Source: the human T2T-CHM13v2.0 reference genome, Homo sapiens. From it: a DNA stretch of 64,000 bases. Numbering within the stretch: the stretch's first letter is position 1; each line of letters starts with the position of its first letter. This document shows positions 1 through 19,678 of the stretch, piece by piece. The DNA lies in NCBI RefSeq assembly GCF_009914755.1, contig NC_060938.1; one strand, 5' to 3'. The notes beneath the pieces were generated by a model. The model saw only the letters and a list, made by a program, of their open reading frames with translations, did not search any database and was not told the origin of the DNA. The translations under genes and the position numbers were made by a program.

Positions 1-1979
1 AGGGTTCTCCTGAGGGAGGGGCTGACAGGAAGGGGAGACACCTCCCTTGAGGAGCCCCTGAGGTCCCCTGGGTGCTCTCTCATAGGGACACTCACCATAC
101 ACAGCCATCAGTGGTCGGCCAGGGAAGCAACAACACTAGAGGTGCACAGTGGTTAAGTAAGAACAGTTTTGTTGTTTCTTCCCCTTAATCTTTTCCTTTC
201 ACCTTAATCCCGGGAAGTTAAAATCAAAGAAAAAGGAGGAAAGAAGAGAACAAAGTAGGCCATGTCCACCTCACTGTAGCTCGGGATCAGGCCTGAAGTT
301 TGGAGAGCAGAGGAAAGGTGAAGACTGGAGTGTTAAACAGAACTGCCCTGAGGTTTATTTAACCACTGAAAGTGGCCCAGAGGTTTGGAGCTTTCTTTCC
401 TAGACCTCTTCAAGGGCATAAGGACCAGGGCCCCTCTGAAGGACCCAACCATGCTTAAGCCTCTTTGATGCTCTTTTCTTTGGCATCCTTTCCTCTCCCT
501 ATCGCTCCACCCAGAAAATGTTTATATAGACTCTGGTAGGCAGACTTGCATTATATCTTTGTATCATTTCCTATAAGTCAGTTTATGCTGGATTCCTTAA
601 TTTGCCTATAAAGCTGAAAGTTTTGAAATAAGATGGTAGGAAAGACTTCTTTATTTTTGGTTTCCAGCTATGCCTCCTTTCCTGAAAGTGATAAGCAGAA
701 AATCACCCAACTGCCTCAATGGAGGAAAAATTGTGAGGTTAATTAAAAATAATAATATAAAAAGGCAACCACTGTTAATATTGAAAAATGGCTTGTCACA
801 CATGGTGATCATTCTGAAACCACAAATGACCAAAACTGGTGAAGTCCTTTCTGTAACATCACAGGCACGTCTAAGTGATTCTTTTCCATATCTGTAAAGT
901 AACTTTACGAAAGCAGGTGAAGACCTGCCCAGGACCTGAATGAAAGCATTCATGTATTTAGTCACAAGAGGGGGCTGCTGTGTCTGTCAATAAGATGCCT
1001 GTTCAGCTGGGGAAAGAGTGTTTGGCTCACAGTCAGTAGTGAAGCCGTGCAGAAACTGTGACAAATGATACTCTTTATTCTCTTTGTTCTAAGCAGAGTA
1101 GTCTGTGCATAGCTTCCAACATTCAATAATTCCTGGCCTTGCCTCAATCCATTATGAAAAGTTTTGTTTCTACTCAAAATAGGACAATATAGAAAGACAG
1201 AGACAGGAAGTAGTTATACAGCTTTCAAGTTGAATTGATCTTTTTTTTGTCGTTTTTGAAATAGAGAAAAGTAGATATTTTTGGTGGGGAAGATACTTTT
1301 TTTTCTCAATCTATTTCATTTCTCTTAAACTTGAGAAGATAATGAGAAAAAGTCTTCTAGGTTGCTCCCTTCCTTCTTACAGTCCCCTCCTTTCTTCTGT
1401 CTTTCCTCTTCTCTGCATTTCAATTCTTAGTGTGTGTCACCACTAGGCACACACATGGAGAATGGGGAAAGGTGGGTCAGGGATAGGGTTTCTGGGGTGT
1501 AAGGATGTGTGTGACCCCAAGTCTCTTGTTTCCTTTGTACCAAGATATGCAGTCTGTAAATGCTCTCCTAGAGATAGATGATATCTAGAGGCATTTCAGG
1601 CATCTGGAGACATGGCTTCCTGATCAGGTTCCGATTATACTTTTCTGGTCACCTTGGACACATTACTGTCTGCGTCTGAGCCTCATTTCCTCTTTATTGT
1701 TATTTAGATGGGCTTTCTCCATCTTCTTATGATGGTATAAGCCTTGGTAGGGTTTTCCTGAATATAAAGAAACTTGTGACAGAGTGGACTGTACTCCTGG
1801 GTAAGAGTTTCAGGCCTAAGAAAAGATGGTGTTCTAAACCAAGAAATCAGAAGAGGAACCTGCTGCCTGCACTGTCTTACTCTCCTTCACCCAAGATGCT
1901 AAGGGCAACCAATCAAATAACAGCTGTTAACTTTTTGAGGAGGTCACATCCTCAGTGTGAGGGGCTACATCATACCCAG

Positions 1980-2343
1980 TATATTAGTTTGTGCCATAGG
2001 CTGGGGACTTAAAAATCAGAAATTTATTGTCTCATGGTCTGGAGGCAATGTCTGAAGTCAAGATGCCAACAGAATCCAGGAAAGGAGGATCTGTTTCAGG
2101 CTTCTCTCTTCGGCTTATAGATGGCCATCATACCCCTGTGTCTTCATATCATCTTCCGTCTGTGTATATCTGTGTCCAAATTTCTCCTTTTATATTGCAT
2201 TAGATCCCACCTCATTTTACTTAGATACCTCTATAATCAAGAAATAATCTTGAACCCAACTCCAAATAAGGTCACATTCTGAAGTACTTGGCGCTAGGAG
2301 TTCAACATATAAATTTTAAAGGGACAAATTTTAGCCTATAACC
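1980..2343 (-). mobile_element. MaLR MLT1-family solo LTR
   Basis: Starts tatattagttt and contains MLT1 motifs (cagaaatttatt, ccaaataaggtcacattctga, ttcaacatat). Imperfect 5-bp TSD cccag/ctcag. Confidence 0.75.
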
Positions 2344-2528
2344 CTCAGTGAAAGCTCACAGAAGAGTTTTCTTTGCTGTAGAATTTCCTGTTTTATTGAG
2401 CCCAAGGGAAAATGACAGACAGATCCAGGGAGTCCTGCCTCTTAACTAGTGAGTCTACATGACCCCAGCCGTATTTGGCTCTTTCTAGGGGAAGGGAGTC
2501 ATACATAAAATTACTTCTCAGTACTATA

Positions 2529-3815
2529 CCAGGGGTCTTCAACAAGTTCATGAAAAATGCATATTACAAAAAAATTATGCATAATTTTTAAATTTTTGCA
2601 TCAAAATAAACTCCTACTAACTTGTTATGACATTGTACACAGTATCTAATTTGAGGCACTAAGAAGGATGAAAGACAAAACAGTGTGAAAAGAGCTCCTG
2701 TCAGAGCAACGTGAATTCTGCCAATATTGAAGCAAAAACAAGCACCAAATTTAAGGTAAAGCTTGGGTGGAAGAATGGTGAAATCATTGACAAGTTTATG
2801 GGGGCAATTCCCCAAAGAAATTAGCAGTTTACAAATGAATAACTCATTTTAAGAAGAGAAAAGATGATGTTGAAAATGAAGCATGCAGCAGCAGACCATA
2901 TACATTGATTGAGAGGAAAAAATTCATCTTATTCATGCCCTGATTGAAGAGGACTAATGATTAGCAGCAGAAAAAATAGCCAACACCATAGACACCTCAA
3001 CTGGTTCAGCTCACATAATTCTGACTTGAAAATTAAAGTTGAGCAAACCTTCCACTCAGTGGGTGCCGAAATTGTTGCACCCATATCAGCTGCAGAGAAA
3101 AGCAGACATTTCAATGGAATTTTAAACAAGTGGGATCAAGATCCTAAAGCATTTTTTCAAAGGATTTTAACAGAAAATGAACACAGATTCACCAGTACAA
3201 TACTGAATACAAAGTACTATCAAAGCAATGACTGCCAAGAGGTGGAAGTGGTCCAGTCAAAGCAAAAGTGGACTGGTCAAGAGCAAAGGCTGTAGCAACA
3301 GGTTTTTTTGTTTGTTTGTTTGTTTTTTGTTTTGCTCAAGGCTTGTTGCTTGTTGACTTTCTGGAGAGCTGAAGAATGACAACATCTACTTATTACTAGA
3401 GTGTTTTGAGAAAGTTAGCCAAGGCTTTAGCAGAAAAATGCCCAGAAAAAGCTCACCAGAGAGTTCTTCACCACGACAATGTTCCTGCTCATTCTTTGTG
3501 AGAGTTTCAATGGGAAATCATTAGGCCTCCATCTCACAATACTGACTTTCTTTCTTCTGACTTATTTTTGTTTCCTAATCTTAAAAAAAATCTTTAATGG
3601 GCACTTACTTTTTCTTCAATTAATATATAAAAAAACCTGCATTGACATGGTTAAATTCCTGGACTCTCAGTTCTTAGGGATGGACTAAATGGCTGATATC
3701 ATCACTTAAAAAAGTGTCTTGAATTTGTTGGAGCTTATGTTGAGAAATAAAGTTTATATTTTTTAATTGTTACCTTTTAATTCCATATTTCTATAAACTT
3801 TTTGAAACCCCCTTA
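2529..3815 (+). mobile_element. Near full-length HSMAR2 mariner DNA transposon (decayed)
   Basis: TIRs ccaggggtcttcaacaagttcatgaaaaatg and catatttctataaactttttgaaaccccctta, TA target duplication at 2527-28 and 3816-17, about 1.29 kb, broken transposase frames. Confidence 0.85.
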
Positions 3816-4068
3816 TACCTTGATCTGAAAAATCTGCCTTTATTTGAGGGTCTGGGGATAATCCCGTTTTTCTCCTCAGGGATTATGTGTAATGTTAAAG
3901 CCACAAAAGTAGGGCAGTGCTGAAACAAGAAGTGAATATACCCTGTTCCCACTCTACCACTGGAGGAAATGAGGACACAATCTGGTATCAACAGTTTGAT
4001 AACCATGGCTCACAGTATCTGATTGGAGGTTTAAAGAACGAGGTGACCAGTCAAATGGCTTCACTGCC

Positions 4069-4478
4069 TGTATTAGTCTGTTCTCTCATTGCTATAAAGA
4101 AATACTTGAGACTGGGTAATTTGCAAAGGAAAGAGGTTTCATTGGCTGTTCAGGTTCCGAAGGTTGTACAGGAAGCGTGTTGTTGGCAGCTGTTTGGCTT
4201 CTGGGGAGGCCTCAGGAAACTCTCAATCATGGCAGAAGGTGAAGGCAGAGCCAGCACTTCACATGGTTGGAGTAGGAGGAAGAGAGAGAGGATGGGGAAA
4301 GTGCCACACACTTTTAAATGACCAGATCTCAAAAGAACGCACTCACCATCACAAGAATAGCACCAAAGGGAAAATTTACCCCCATGATCCAAACACCTCC
4401 CACCAGGTCTGACCTCCAACACTGGGGATTACAATTTGAAATGAGATTTGGGTGGGGACACAGATCCAAACCATATCA
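4069..4478 (-). mobile_element. MaLR MST-family solo LTR inserted in the relic V exon
   Basis: tgtattagtctgttctc...ccaaaccatatca termini; perfect 5-bp TSD CTGCC at 4064-68 and 4479-83. Confidence 0.9.
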
Positions 4479-5962
4479 CTGCCCATTCCTGTGGACAATA
4501 AGGCTAGTACCCTGGTCCTGCACCAGATAACCCTCAAAGGCACCACCATGTGTTACTACACTGTGGGCAGATTGGACCACATCTGTCTCCCAGGTGAAGA
4601 GGGGAGATAAAATCCATTTAAAGAGGGCATTGCCCAAGAAAATGTGAGATTAATGGAAGAAGGTAGAAAATGAAATGAGAAGAAGGAAAGGGGAAAAATA
4701 AGGAAAGGTACATGAAATCAAGAACTGCACCAGTAAAGAAAAAACAAGGAGAGAGAAGATCCTGGATATTGCTCTTTCTCCAATCTAACATTTTCATTCT
4801 TGGTAAAGGTCCGGTGTCAAGTTCATAAATTGAGCATTATTTTTCTGAGAAATATCTGGGCTCTCTCGATTTTTTCAACTATAGCACATGCATTGAAAAG
4901 TAAATGAATTTTGAAAATTTGCTAACATGAAATCATTATATCAATATTTTTATTTCAACATTTCCCTAGTTTTCTATGTACCTGTATTCCATTTTTATGA
5001 CTAATCACTTTGTAAATTAATGTGTAATTGTTTAAGTATCTACGCAATATAGAATAAAAAGTGATACTTCATTGATTTTCTTCTGACAAGTTCCTAATCA
5101 CTGTTGGGTTTCATCACACTTCCACTGTTTCTATACATTTAAATACAAACTCACAGTAAACATACTTTTAAAAATCGTAAATAGGATCACACTATATATA
5201 AAATGCTGTGGTTCAATTGAATAAGAGACAGAAGCTTTTGCATCTCAGAAAGTTTAACCCACCTTATACTTTTTTGCAAGTGTAGTAAGTAACTCACAAT
5301 ACAGAGCTACCATAATGTATTGACTATCTATATTGAAAGAATATTTAAATTTTTTTCCACTTTTTTAACCATTGCATGCAATGTACAGTGCTGTAAGTGT
5401 ATTTATAAGAGTATTTCTTAAGAAAAATTCCTGGCCAAATGGAAATTTTGCCTTCAGTAATATGTAAATAACATATGTAGACATTTATTAATTATATTTC
5501 AGCTATCAGAATATCAGAGTATCCATTTCCTGACATTATCAACAAAACTGAATATTAATAGTATGATTCTGAACTCCTTTTGCAATATGACAAGTAAGAG
5601 ATGATAGAAAGGGCCTTTTCACAAAAATGCAAGTTACGGGAAACCAGTCCTTAAGCACTGAAGTGGCAAGAAGAGACAGCAGTCAGAGGAATCTGGAGAA
5701 AGTTGCTGTAACAGTATGGAAAACATTTATATATTTTTTCTTTTCTAACATAAGCATTTAAGAATATATATTTCTCTCTATGCACTGATTTGGCTGCATT
5801 CTACAAATCTCATATTCAAACATTTTTGTTTCTTTAGGAGAAGGAGGAGGAGGTGAAAGTGGAGGAGAAAGAAGCATTTCTCTAGCAGTACTGTGCTTGG
5901 TTCTGAAGTGGCAGTGTTTTCATTTCTTTCATTCCATTTCCACCTACCACATTTTGCAGATC

Positions 5963-5998
<36 letters not shown>

Positions 5999-6001
5999 CA
6001 G

Positions 6002-6039
<38 letters not shown>
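5963..6039. repeat. (TG)n(GA)n compound microsatellite upstream of TRAV21
   Basis: Directly visible, about 150 nt upstream of the TRAV21 ATG. Confidence 0.95.
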
Positions 6040-6042
<3 letters not shown>

Positions 6043-6188
6043 GTCTCAGATTGGCTGGGCCAACTCTGTGTTTCCTGTAGAAATGTTTGAACGTATGAGA
6101 TAGCAAAGCAGAGTGTTTATCTTGTGAGCCATTCTCCATATTTCAGATATAAGATTTCAGTTCTCAGTGAGTCTAAGTGACAGAAGGA

Positions 6189-6724
6189 ATGGAGACCCTC
6201 TTGGGCCTGCTTATCCTTTGGCTGCAGCTGCAATGTGAGTTAGAGGGAAATGGAAATGAGCAAAGAGCAGGCTGACTCCAGGACGTTTCTCCCAGGAAAG
6301 AGGGAGAAAGAAAGGGAGTTGTTATGCCTGTATGGTTTACTGGGAATTTCTGTGGAAATTGAAAAAATAAATTTAAAGGTAATTTCTAAGGAATCATTAG
6401 CCACTAACCAGTCTATTGCTGTTTTTCTGAACAGGGGTGAGCAGCAAACAGGAGGTGACACAGATTCCTGCAGCTCTGAGTGTCCCAGAAGGAGAAAACT
6501 TGGTTCTCAACTGCAGTTTCACTGATAGCGCTATTTACAACCTCCAGTGGTTTAGGCAGGACCCTGGGAAAGGTCTCACATCTCTGTTGCTTATTCAGTC
6601 AAGTCAGAGAGAGCAAACAAGTGGAAGACTTAATGCCTCGCTGGATAAATCATCAGGACGTAGTACTTTATACATTGCAGCTTCTCAGCCTGGTGACTCA
6701 GCCACCTACCTCTGTGCTGTGAGG
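6189..6724 (+). CDS. TRAV21: T cell receptor alpha variable 21 (exon 1 6189-6234, exon 2 6435-6724)
   Basis: Leader METLLGLLILWLQLQ|W, GT-AG intron, V region KQEVTQIPAALSVPEGENLVLNC...DSAIYN...IQSSQRE...YLCAVR. Confidence 0.98.
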
Positions 6725-6763
6725 CACAGTGCACAACAGGCACCTGCAACCAATACCCAAACT
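6725..6763 (+). other. 23-RSS of TRAV21
   Basis: CACAGTG, 23-nt spacer, ACCCAAACT. Confidence 0.97.
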
Positions 6764-6934
6764 CTATAGCTGGGGCTCTAACTGCATGTTTTATCTTGAG
6801 ACTGAGCAATGTTTTTGCATTAAGAGGACTTCTAAATTGACACTGTCTCCACACAGAAGCAATCAAATACACAAAACTTGATGTAATAATCTGAAATTAA
6901 ACTATGAATTCTCTGATCTTTAGATTTTTATCAA

Positions 6935-7275
6935 TTTTAATATAAACAATAGTTTTATTTCAATTAATTTACATGCCATGAAGTTCAGTCTTTTAAAGTG
7001 AACAATTAAGTGTTATTTAGTGTATTCACAATGTTGTGCAGCTTTTATCTCTGTGTGGTTTCAAAAACTTTTTAACATCTCAAAAGGAAACCACATGTCC
7101 ATTAAGCAGTTACCTTGCCCACCCTCCTCCCAGCCCCTGGCAGCCACCAACCTGTTTTCAGTCTCTATGGATTTTCCTATTCTGTACATTTCATATAAAT
7201 GGAATAATATAGTAGGTAGTGGCCTTTGTGTATGGCTTCTCTCACATGGCATAATTTTCTGAGGTTTATTCAATG
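6935..7275 (-). mobile_element. Old L1M 3' end fragment
   Basis: cagcccctggcagccaccaacctgttttcagtctctatggattttcctattctg is typical of L1M 3' UTR on the minus strand; boundaries approximate. Confidence 0.65.
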
Positions 7276-8009
7276 TAGGAAGGACCAGAGAAAGCTAAAT
7301 ATGCACATCTAACCAATGACATGCTTATATCTTCCCCATGCAAGAGCCTCCAACCAGGGCATACCTGAAGCTTTGTTAGTTTTCTTCCACTCTAAAGCTT
7401 CCCTACTCCTCTGCCTATCTTTAAGTCTCTGCCAAACACAAGGGACGGTAGCTGATTCCTTTGGTATACCAAGCTCTGAATAAATTGCCTTTGCTTTTTT
7501 CATTTAGGTGGCCTTCACTTATATCCACAGAACTCTTGTAAAGACACTGAGTTTTTCTTCCCTGCCAAGTTCTCACTTCACCATAAGAGTCACTTTGCAC
7601 ATGAAAAATTAATGAATCACCATAAGAAATGTTAAAGCTGGAGGGCAGCTTGTCCTCCATTCAGATAGGTCATTGAAGCCTACATCAATCAGATAGTACT
7701 TCTTAGATAAGTCAGAGAGATGCATTGATGTAAAGCCCAGTTCTCAATATTTACGTGTCAAACTCTGTCCTCAATAAAAGCTCGAAACTCCAAACAGATA
7801 TCTTGGCCTTCCTGGAAGATTTTCTTATCAACAAGTTCTTGTTCTCATCTATTTCTTTTACTAAATATTCAGGCTCCATATTGTGTGATGAGGAGTTTGC
7901 ATTCACAACCTCTGCCATATCTGGGCTACAAAGCTGCTTTCTTTCTTGACATTACAAACCAACTCGTGGGTAAGTAATACATTCAGATATATGAGCTATA
8001 AAGGAGCTT

Positions 8010-11770
<3,761 letters not shown>

Positions 11771-12274
11771 ATTGGATATAGTTATGAAAAAGGGGGCTTG
11801 ACTAGTGCTACTTTAATAGCTATTATATTCCATAATATAAATGAACTTCTATTGTTAATGAAAATTAATGAACTACATTGCAAGAATAAATGTGAGAGTT
11901 CACATTTGAAAGAAGTTGAAAGAAGTTACTTTCTCCTGCACATGGGGTAACAGCATCTTAGGTAGGCAAACACTTTGCTGTTGGCAATATGGCAGTGAAC
12001 AGTTACAATTTAACAGGGAAGATGTATACACACAACAAAGCAATTCAAACAAATATATAATTTCAATGCATGATAAGGACAATAAATTTTAAAAATGGAT
12101 ATGAAAGATGATAAAATTGTGTTTACTTTGGCACGGTGGGGATTATGCTGCTGGTGGTCAGAGAAGGCCTCTCTGAGAAAATAGTTACATTGAGATATGT
12201 AGGAAAGATTGCAATAGCAAAGTTAAGGTTCCTGCTAAAAAGAGCTGCAGGCAGAGAGAACCACTTGTATGATA

Positions 12275-14744
12275 CAGTGAACTTAATCAATAAATCTTTT
12301 GTGTGTGTTCTGACTTCTCCACCAAGTGACCGTTTGCCCCTCTCTTTCTCTCTCCGCAGGCCTTTCTATCCCCTAAGACATAACAATATTGAAAATTGGC
12401 TAACAGTGACTTCTAACTGTTCAAGGGAAAGGAAGAGTCGCATATTTCTCACATTATTTATTTTTCTTTTTGTGGAGATGGGGTCTCACTATGTTGCCCA
12501 GGCTGGTCTCAAACTCCTGGGCTCAAGCAATTCTCCTGCCTTTGCCTCCCAAACAGCTGGGATTATAGGTATGAACCACCATGATGGGACTCTCATTTTA
12601 AGTCAAAAGCTAGAAATGATTAAGCTTAGTGAGAAAAGCATGTCAAAAGCCCAATCAATAAGCTGACAGATAGACCTCTTGAACTAAACAGCCAAGTTGT
12701 GAATGCAAAGGAAAATTTATTGAAGAAAATTAAAAGTGCTACTCCAGTTAAACACATAAATGATAAGAAAGTAAAACAGCCTTACTGCTGATATGGCGAA
12801 AGTTTTAGTGTTCTGGATAAAATATCAAACCAGTTACAATATTCCCTTAAGCCAAAGCCTAACGCACAGCAAGGCCCTAACTCTCTTCAATTCTGTGAAG
12901 CCTGATAGAGGTGAGGAAGCTGCCAAAGGAAAGTTTGAAGCTACAAGAGGTTGTTTCCTGAGGTTTAAGAAATGAAGTCATCATCATGACATAAAAGTGC
13001 AAGGCGAAGCAGGAAGTGCTGATGTAGAAGCTGCAGCGAGTTATCCAGAAGATCTAACTAAGACCATTGATGAAGGTGGCTACACTAAACAACAGATTTT
13101 CATTGTAGACAAAACAGCTTTCTATTGGAAGAAGATGCCACGTAGGACTTTCATAGCTAGAGAGAGGAAGTCAATGCCTGACTTCAAAACTTCAAAGGAC
13201 AGGCTGATTCTCTTGTTAGGTGCTAATGCAGCTGATGACTTTAAGTTAAAGCCAATGCTCATTTACCATTCTGAAAATTCTAGGGCCCTTAAGAATTATG
13301 CTAAGTGTACTCTGCCTGTGCTCTATAAATGGAACAACAAAACCTGGATGACAGCACATCTGTTTATAGCATGTTTTACTGAATATTTTAAGCCCAATGT
13401 TGAGATCTACTGCTCAGGAAAAAAAAGGTTCCTTTCAAAATAGTACTGCTGATTAACAATGCACTTGGTCACCCAAGAGTTCTGATGGAGATGTACAAGG
13501 GGATTAATGTTTTCTTGCCTGTGAATGTAACATCCATTCTGCAGCCCATGGATCAAGGAATAATTTTGGCTTTCAAGTCTTACTATTTAAGAAATACATT
13601 TTACGAGGCCATAACTGCCATAGATAGTAATTCCTCTGATGGTCTCAGCAAAGTAAATTGAAAATCTTCTACATGATACCATTAAGAACATTTGTAACTC
13701 ATGGAAGAAGGTCAAAATATCAAGATTAACAAGAGTTTGGAAGAAAGTGATTCCAACACTCGATGACTTTGAAAGGTTCAAGACTTCAGTGGAGTAAGTA
13801 ACTGCAGGAGTAAATACTTCAGTGGAATAAGTAACTGAGATAATTTTGAAATGATATTGATGGTTCTTGTATATTTTAACTATCTAGGACACTGCTGTAG
13901 AAAGCTTTTAAGAATGGGAGGGAAATCATGGGTTTGGCATGGTTAAGTTGTTTTCTTTCCTGGAGGCAGTAAACGAGTTGAAAGGCTCTTGAGGTGCCCT
14001 CTGGAGCTCAGAATTTTTAAATGCCAGTTTTAAAAGATCCAAGTGATAATCAAAATATAGTGGTAGATAGCAGGAGAACTAGAATTAGAAGTGGAACCTG
14101 AAGATGTGATTGAATTGCTTCAATCTCATGATAAAACTAACAAATAAGGAGTTTCTTTTTATGGGTGAGCAAACAAAGTAGTTTCTTGAGATGGAATCTA
14201 TTCCTGGTGAAGATGCTGTGGACATCGTTAAGATAACAACAAAGGATTTAGAATATTATATAAACTTAGTTGATAAACCCATAGCAGGGTTTTAGAGGCT
14301 TGACACAGATTTTGAAAGAAGTTCTACTATGGGTAAAATGCCATCAAACAGTATTGCAGGTTACAGAGAAATCTTTCATGAAAGGAAGTATTAATTGACG
14401 CAGCAAACTTCATTGTTGTCTTATTTTAAGAAATTGCTATAGTCACCCCAACCTTCAGCAATCACATCCTGATCAGTCAGCATCCATCAACATCAAGGCA
14501 AGACCCTCCACCAACAAAAAGATTATGACTTGCTGAAGAATCAGATGATCGTTAGCATTTTTTAGTAATAAAGTACATTTTAATTAATGTATGTACATTG
14601 TTTTTCATAGTGCTATTATTGTCCACTTAATAGACTACGGTGTAGTGTAAACATAGTTTTTATAAGCACTGAGAAACCAAAAAGTTTGCATGACTCACCT
14701 TGTTATGGTGGTCTATAATCAGCAATATTTCAGAGGTATGACTG
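12275..14744 (+). mobile_element. Tigger1 DNA transposon (5'-truncated) with a nested Alu monomer at about 12452-12590 (-)
   Basis: ORFs 12793-12975 and 12997-13443 match pogo/Tigger transposase ([29 protein letters not shown]); 3' TIR ..cagaggtatgactg followed by TA. Confidence 0.88.
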
Positions 14745-15129
14745 TATTTGACTTTGCCATCAACTCAATGACTTACACTCCAGAAATTGTTATTAGCAGA
14801 AGCATACCAAAGGTCAGGCAATGGGAGTGGTTTGTCCCAGTTGCAGGTAATAACAGGGTGCTTTATAGAGAGCTTTTTAAAAACAATATAAAAATGATTA
14901 ATAGCCAATCTGATTTTTATTACCATATGCCAGGAATTCTAAACAATATCAATGATAAAAAATATTTTTTGACCTAAGTTCTAAACAAATGCAGAGGTTA
15001 CTATTTATTTTAATAATAAACGTATGCTTCAAATTATCACATTTTTATTTCTTATCATGTAATAAACAGTTTTCTACATGGAAGTTATTTTGGAGAATTC
15101 TCAGTTTTGCAGCTGTCTTCAACACACAT

Positions 15130-17910
<2,781 letters not shown>

Positions 17911-18054
17911 CTGTGAATTAAAAAAATTGATCAAACATGTTTGGAGTAAAGACTTCATTATCTTATTTTCTCTATATAGGAAATATTACAAATTTATTGT
18001 CATATGAAGTCAATTAAGAAGTATGGAACCAAAAAATATAAAAACAAAAAATCT

Positions 18055-18882
18055 TAATTCTGGCAAGGACGTGGAGAAAAGGGAACTCTTGTACACTGTT
18101 AGTAGGAGTGTAAATTAGTATAACCACTATGGAGAACAGTATGGAGTTTCCTCAAAAAACTAAAACCTGAGCTACCATAAGATCCAGCAATTCCACTGCT
18201 GGGTATATATCCAGAAGAAAGGAAATCAGTATATTGAAGAGGTATCCGCACTCCTGTTTGTTGCAGCACTGTTTACAACAGCTAAGATTTGGAAGCAATC
18301 TAAGTGTCCATCAATACATGAATGAATAAATAAAATGTGGTACATATACACAATGGAGTATTATTCAGCCATAAAAAACAATGAGATCCTGTCATTTGCA
18401 AGAACATAGACAGAATTGGAGCTCATTATGTTAAGTGACATAAGCCAGGCACAGAAAGACAAACATTGCATGTTCTCATTTATTTGTGGGATCTGAAAAT
18501 CAAAACAATTGAACTCATGGACATAGAGAGTAGAAGGATGGTTACCAGAGGCTGGGAAGAGTAGTGAGGGAATGAGGGGGGAGGTGGGGATGGTTAATGA
18601 GTACAAAAATATAGAAAGAATGAGTAAGACCTACTATTTGATAGCACAACAGGGTGACTATAGTCAAAAGTAATTTAATTGTGAATTTTGAAATAATGTA
18701 CAGTTAAACTAAGAGTGTAATTGGATTGTTTGTAACACAAAGGACAAGTGCTTAAGGAGATGAATACCCCATTCTCCATGATGTGATTATTTCACATTGC
18801 ATGCCTGTATCAAAACGACTCGTGTACCCCTAAAATATATACAACTACTATGTACCCACAAAAATTGAAAATTTAAAAATAA
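18055..18882 (+). mobile_element. L1MA-type 3' end
   Basis: Typical L1 3' region (tggcaaggacgtggagaaaagggaac ... actatgtacccacaaaaatt). Confidence 0.8.
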
Positions 18883-19678
18883 AGTATTATAGAAGTGTGT
18901 CAGATAAACAAGGAAATATGTAAATTTCTGAATTCTGTATTTATGGTATTCGTGTTTTAAAATTTATAGTTTGTTGTGATTTTCTCACCTAAAATTATTT
19001 TTGTACCCAGTTTTATTCTTATTTTTATGTTATTCTTTTTAAAATCCTCCATCTTGTAAGTTTCAGGCTTACAAACATAAATCCTCCTTTGTACATTATC
19101 ATAAATCTTTGAAATTCAACACTAGAAGGGCAGGAAGGATGTGGAGGAAGTTCACAAAAATTGTGAATTTCTCTTAGCCCTCTATTTGGCCCCTGGAGGG
19201 TGTTGTTGCCTAAATTGGAAATGGCTTTTCTTTAAAAGATTAGAATAAGCTCCTTCCTTCTCTACAGGTTAAAGAGGTGTCTTTTCTGACTGAGCATTCT
19301 TTTAGACAGCGATGTATAAAGAATCTCAGACACCAGAGGCAGGCAAGTTTGTCAAGAGAGCATCTCTTACTAGCAGTTTCTACAAGATCCCTAAGAAGAA
19401 GAAATCTAAATCCCTGCCATTTCTCCTTAGTTTCAACCTGGATTCAAGTTACCCCGTGGTCAGATTGTGTCTGTGGGGAATCTCCTGGAAAGGTGCATGC
19501 TGCTCCCTCAGTGCTTGGCTAGATCTCATTGTGTGTCTTGACGCTTGGGGTACTCCTGTTCCCAAGTGGGTATCATTCCATTTTACTCTCTTGTCCACAA
19601 ATGGAGCATTGTCTATTTGACTCTGAATACGGACTTTTTGTGTTAGCTGAGTTCACTGACATAGCATTGGCATTGTAG

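Larger units (their letters stand above)
1767..4568 (+). pseudogene. TRAV26/TRAV4-like relic V gene interrupted by MLT1, HSMAR2 and MST insertions
   Basis: Leader remnant 1767-1800 reads (K)KLVTEWTVLLG|gtaag, with ATG mutated to AAG (cf. TRAV26-2 MKLVTSITVLLSLG). Acceptor ctcctcAG at 3878-79. V exon reads GIMCNVKAT..QEVNIPCSHSTTGGNEDTIWYQQFDNHGSQYLIGGLKNEVTSQMASL[LTR]PIPVDNKASTLVLHQITLKGTTMCYYTVG. The 2nd Cys is mutated to Tyr and there is no RSS. Confidence 0.85.

Noticed and set aside
651-897. Acceptor-like tttccag, QKITQ-like and LSDS..YL-like words suggesting another V relic
   Set aside because: No conserved Cys/Trp or RSS, and it needs many frameshifts; indistinguishable from chance by eye.
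961-978. CTCF-like gtcacaagagggggctg
   Set aside because: Core spacing does not fit the consensus well.
3917-4321. 134-aa ORF as a novel protein
   Set aside because: It is a chimera of the relic V exon and the antisense MST LTR, with a GTG start.
7755-7949. ORF with KYS...FAFTTSAI resembling TRDV1 FR3
   Set aside because: No Cys/Trp framework, splice site or RSS.
12136-13443. Long ORFs (176 aa, 148 aa) as genes
   Set aside because: They are Alu and Tigger1 transposase remnants with stops and frameshifts.
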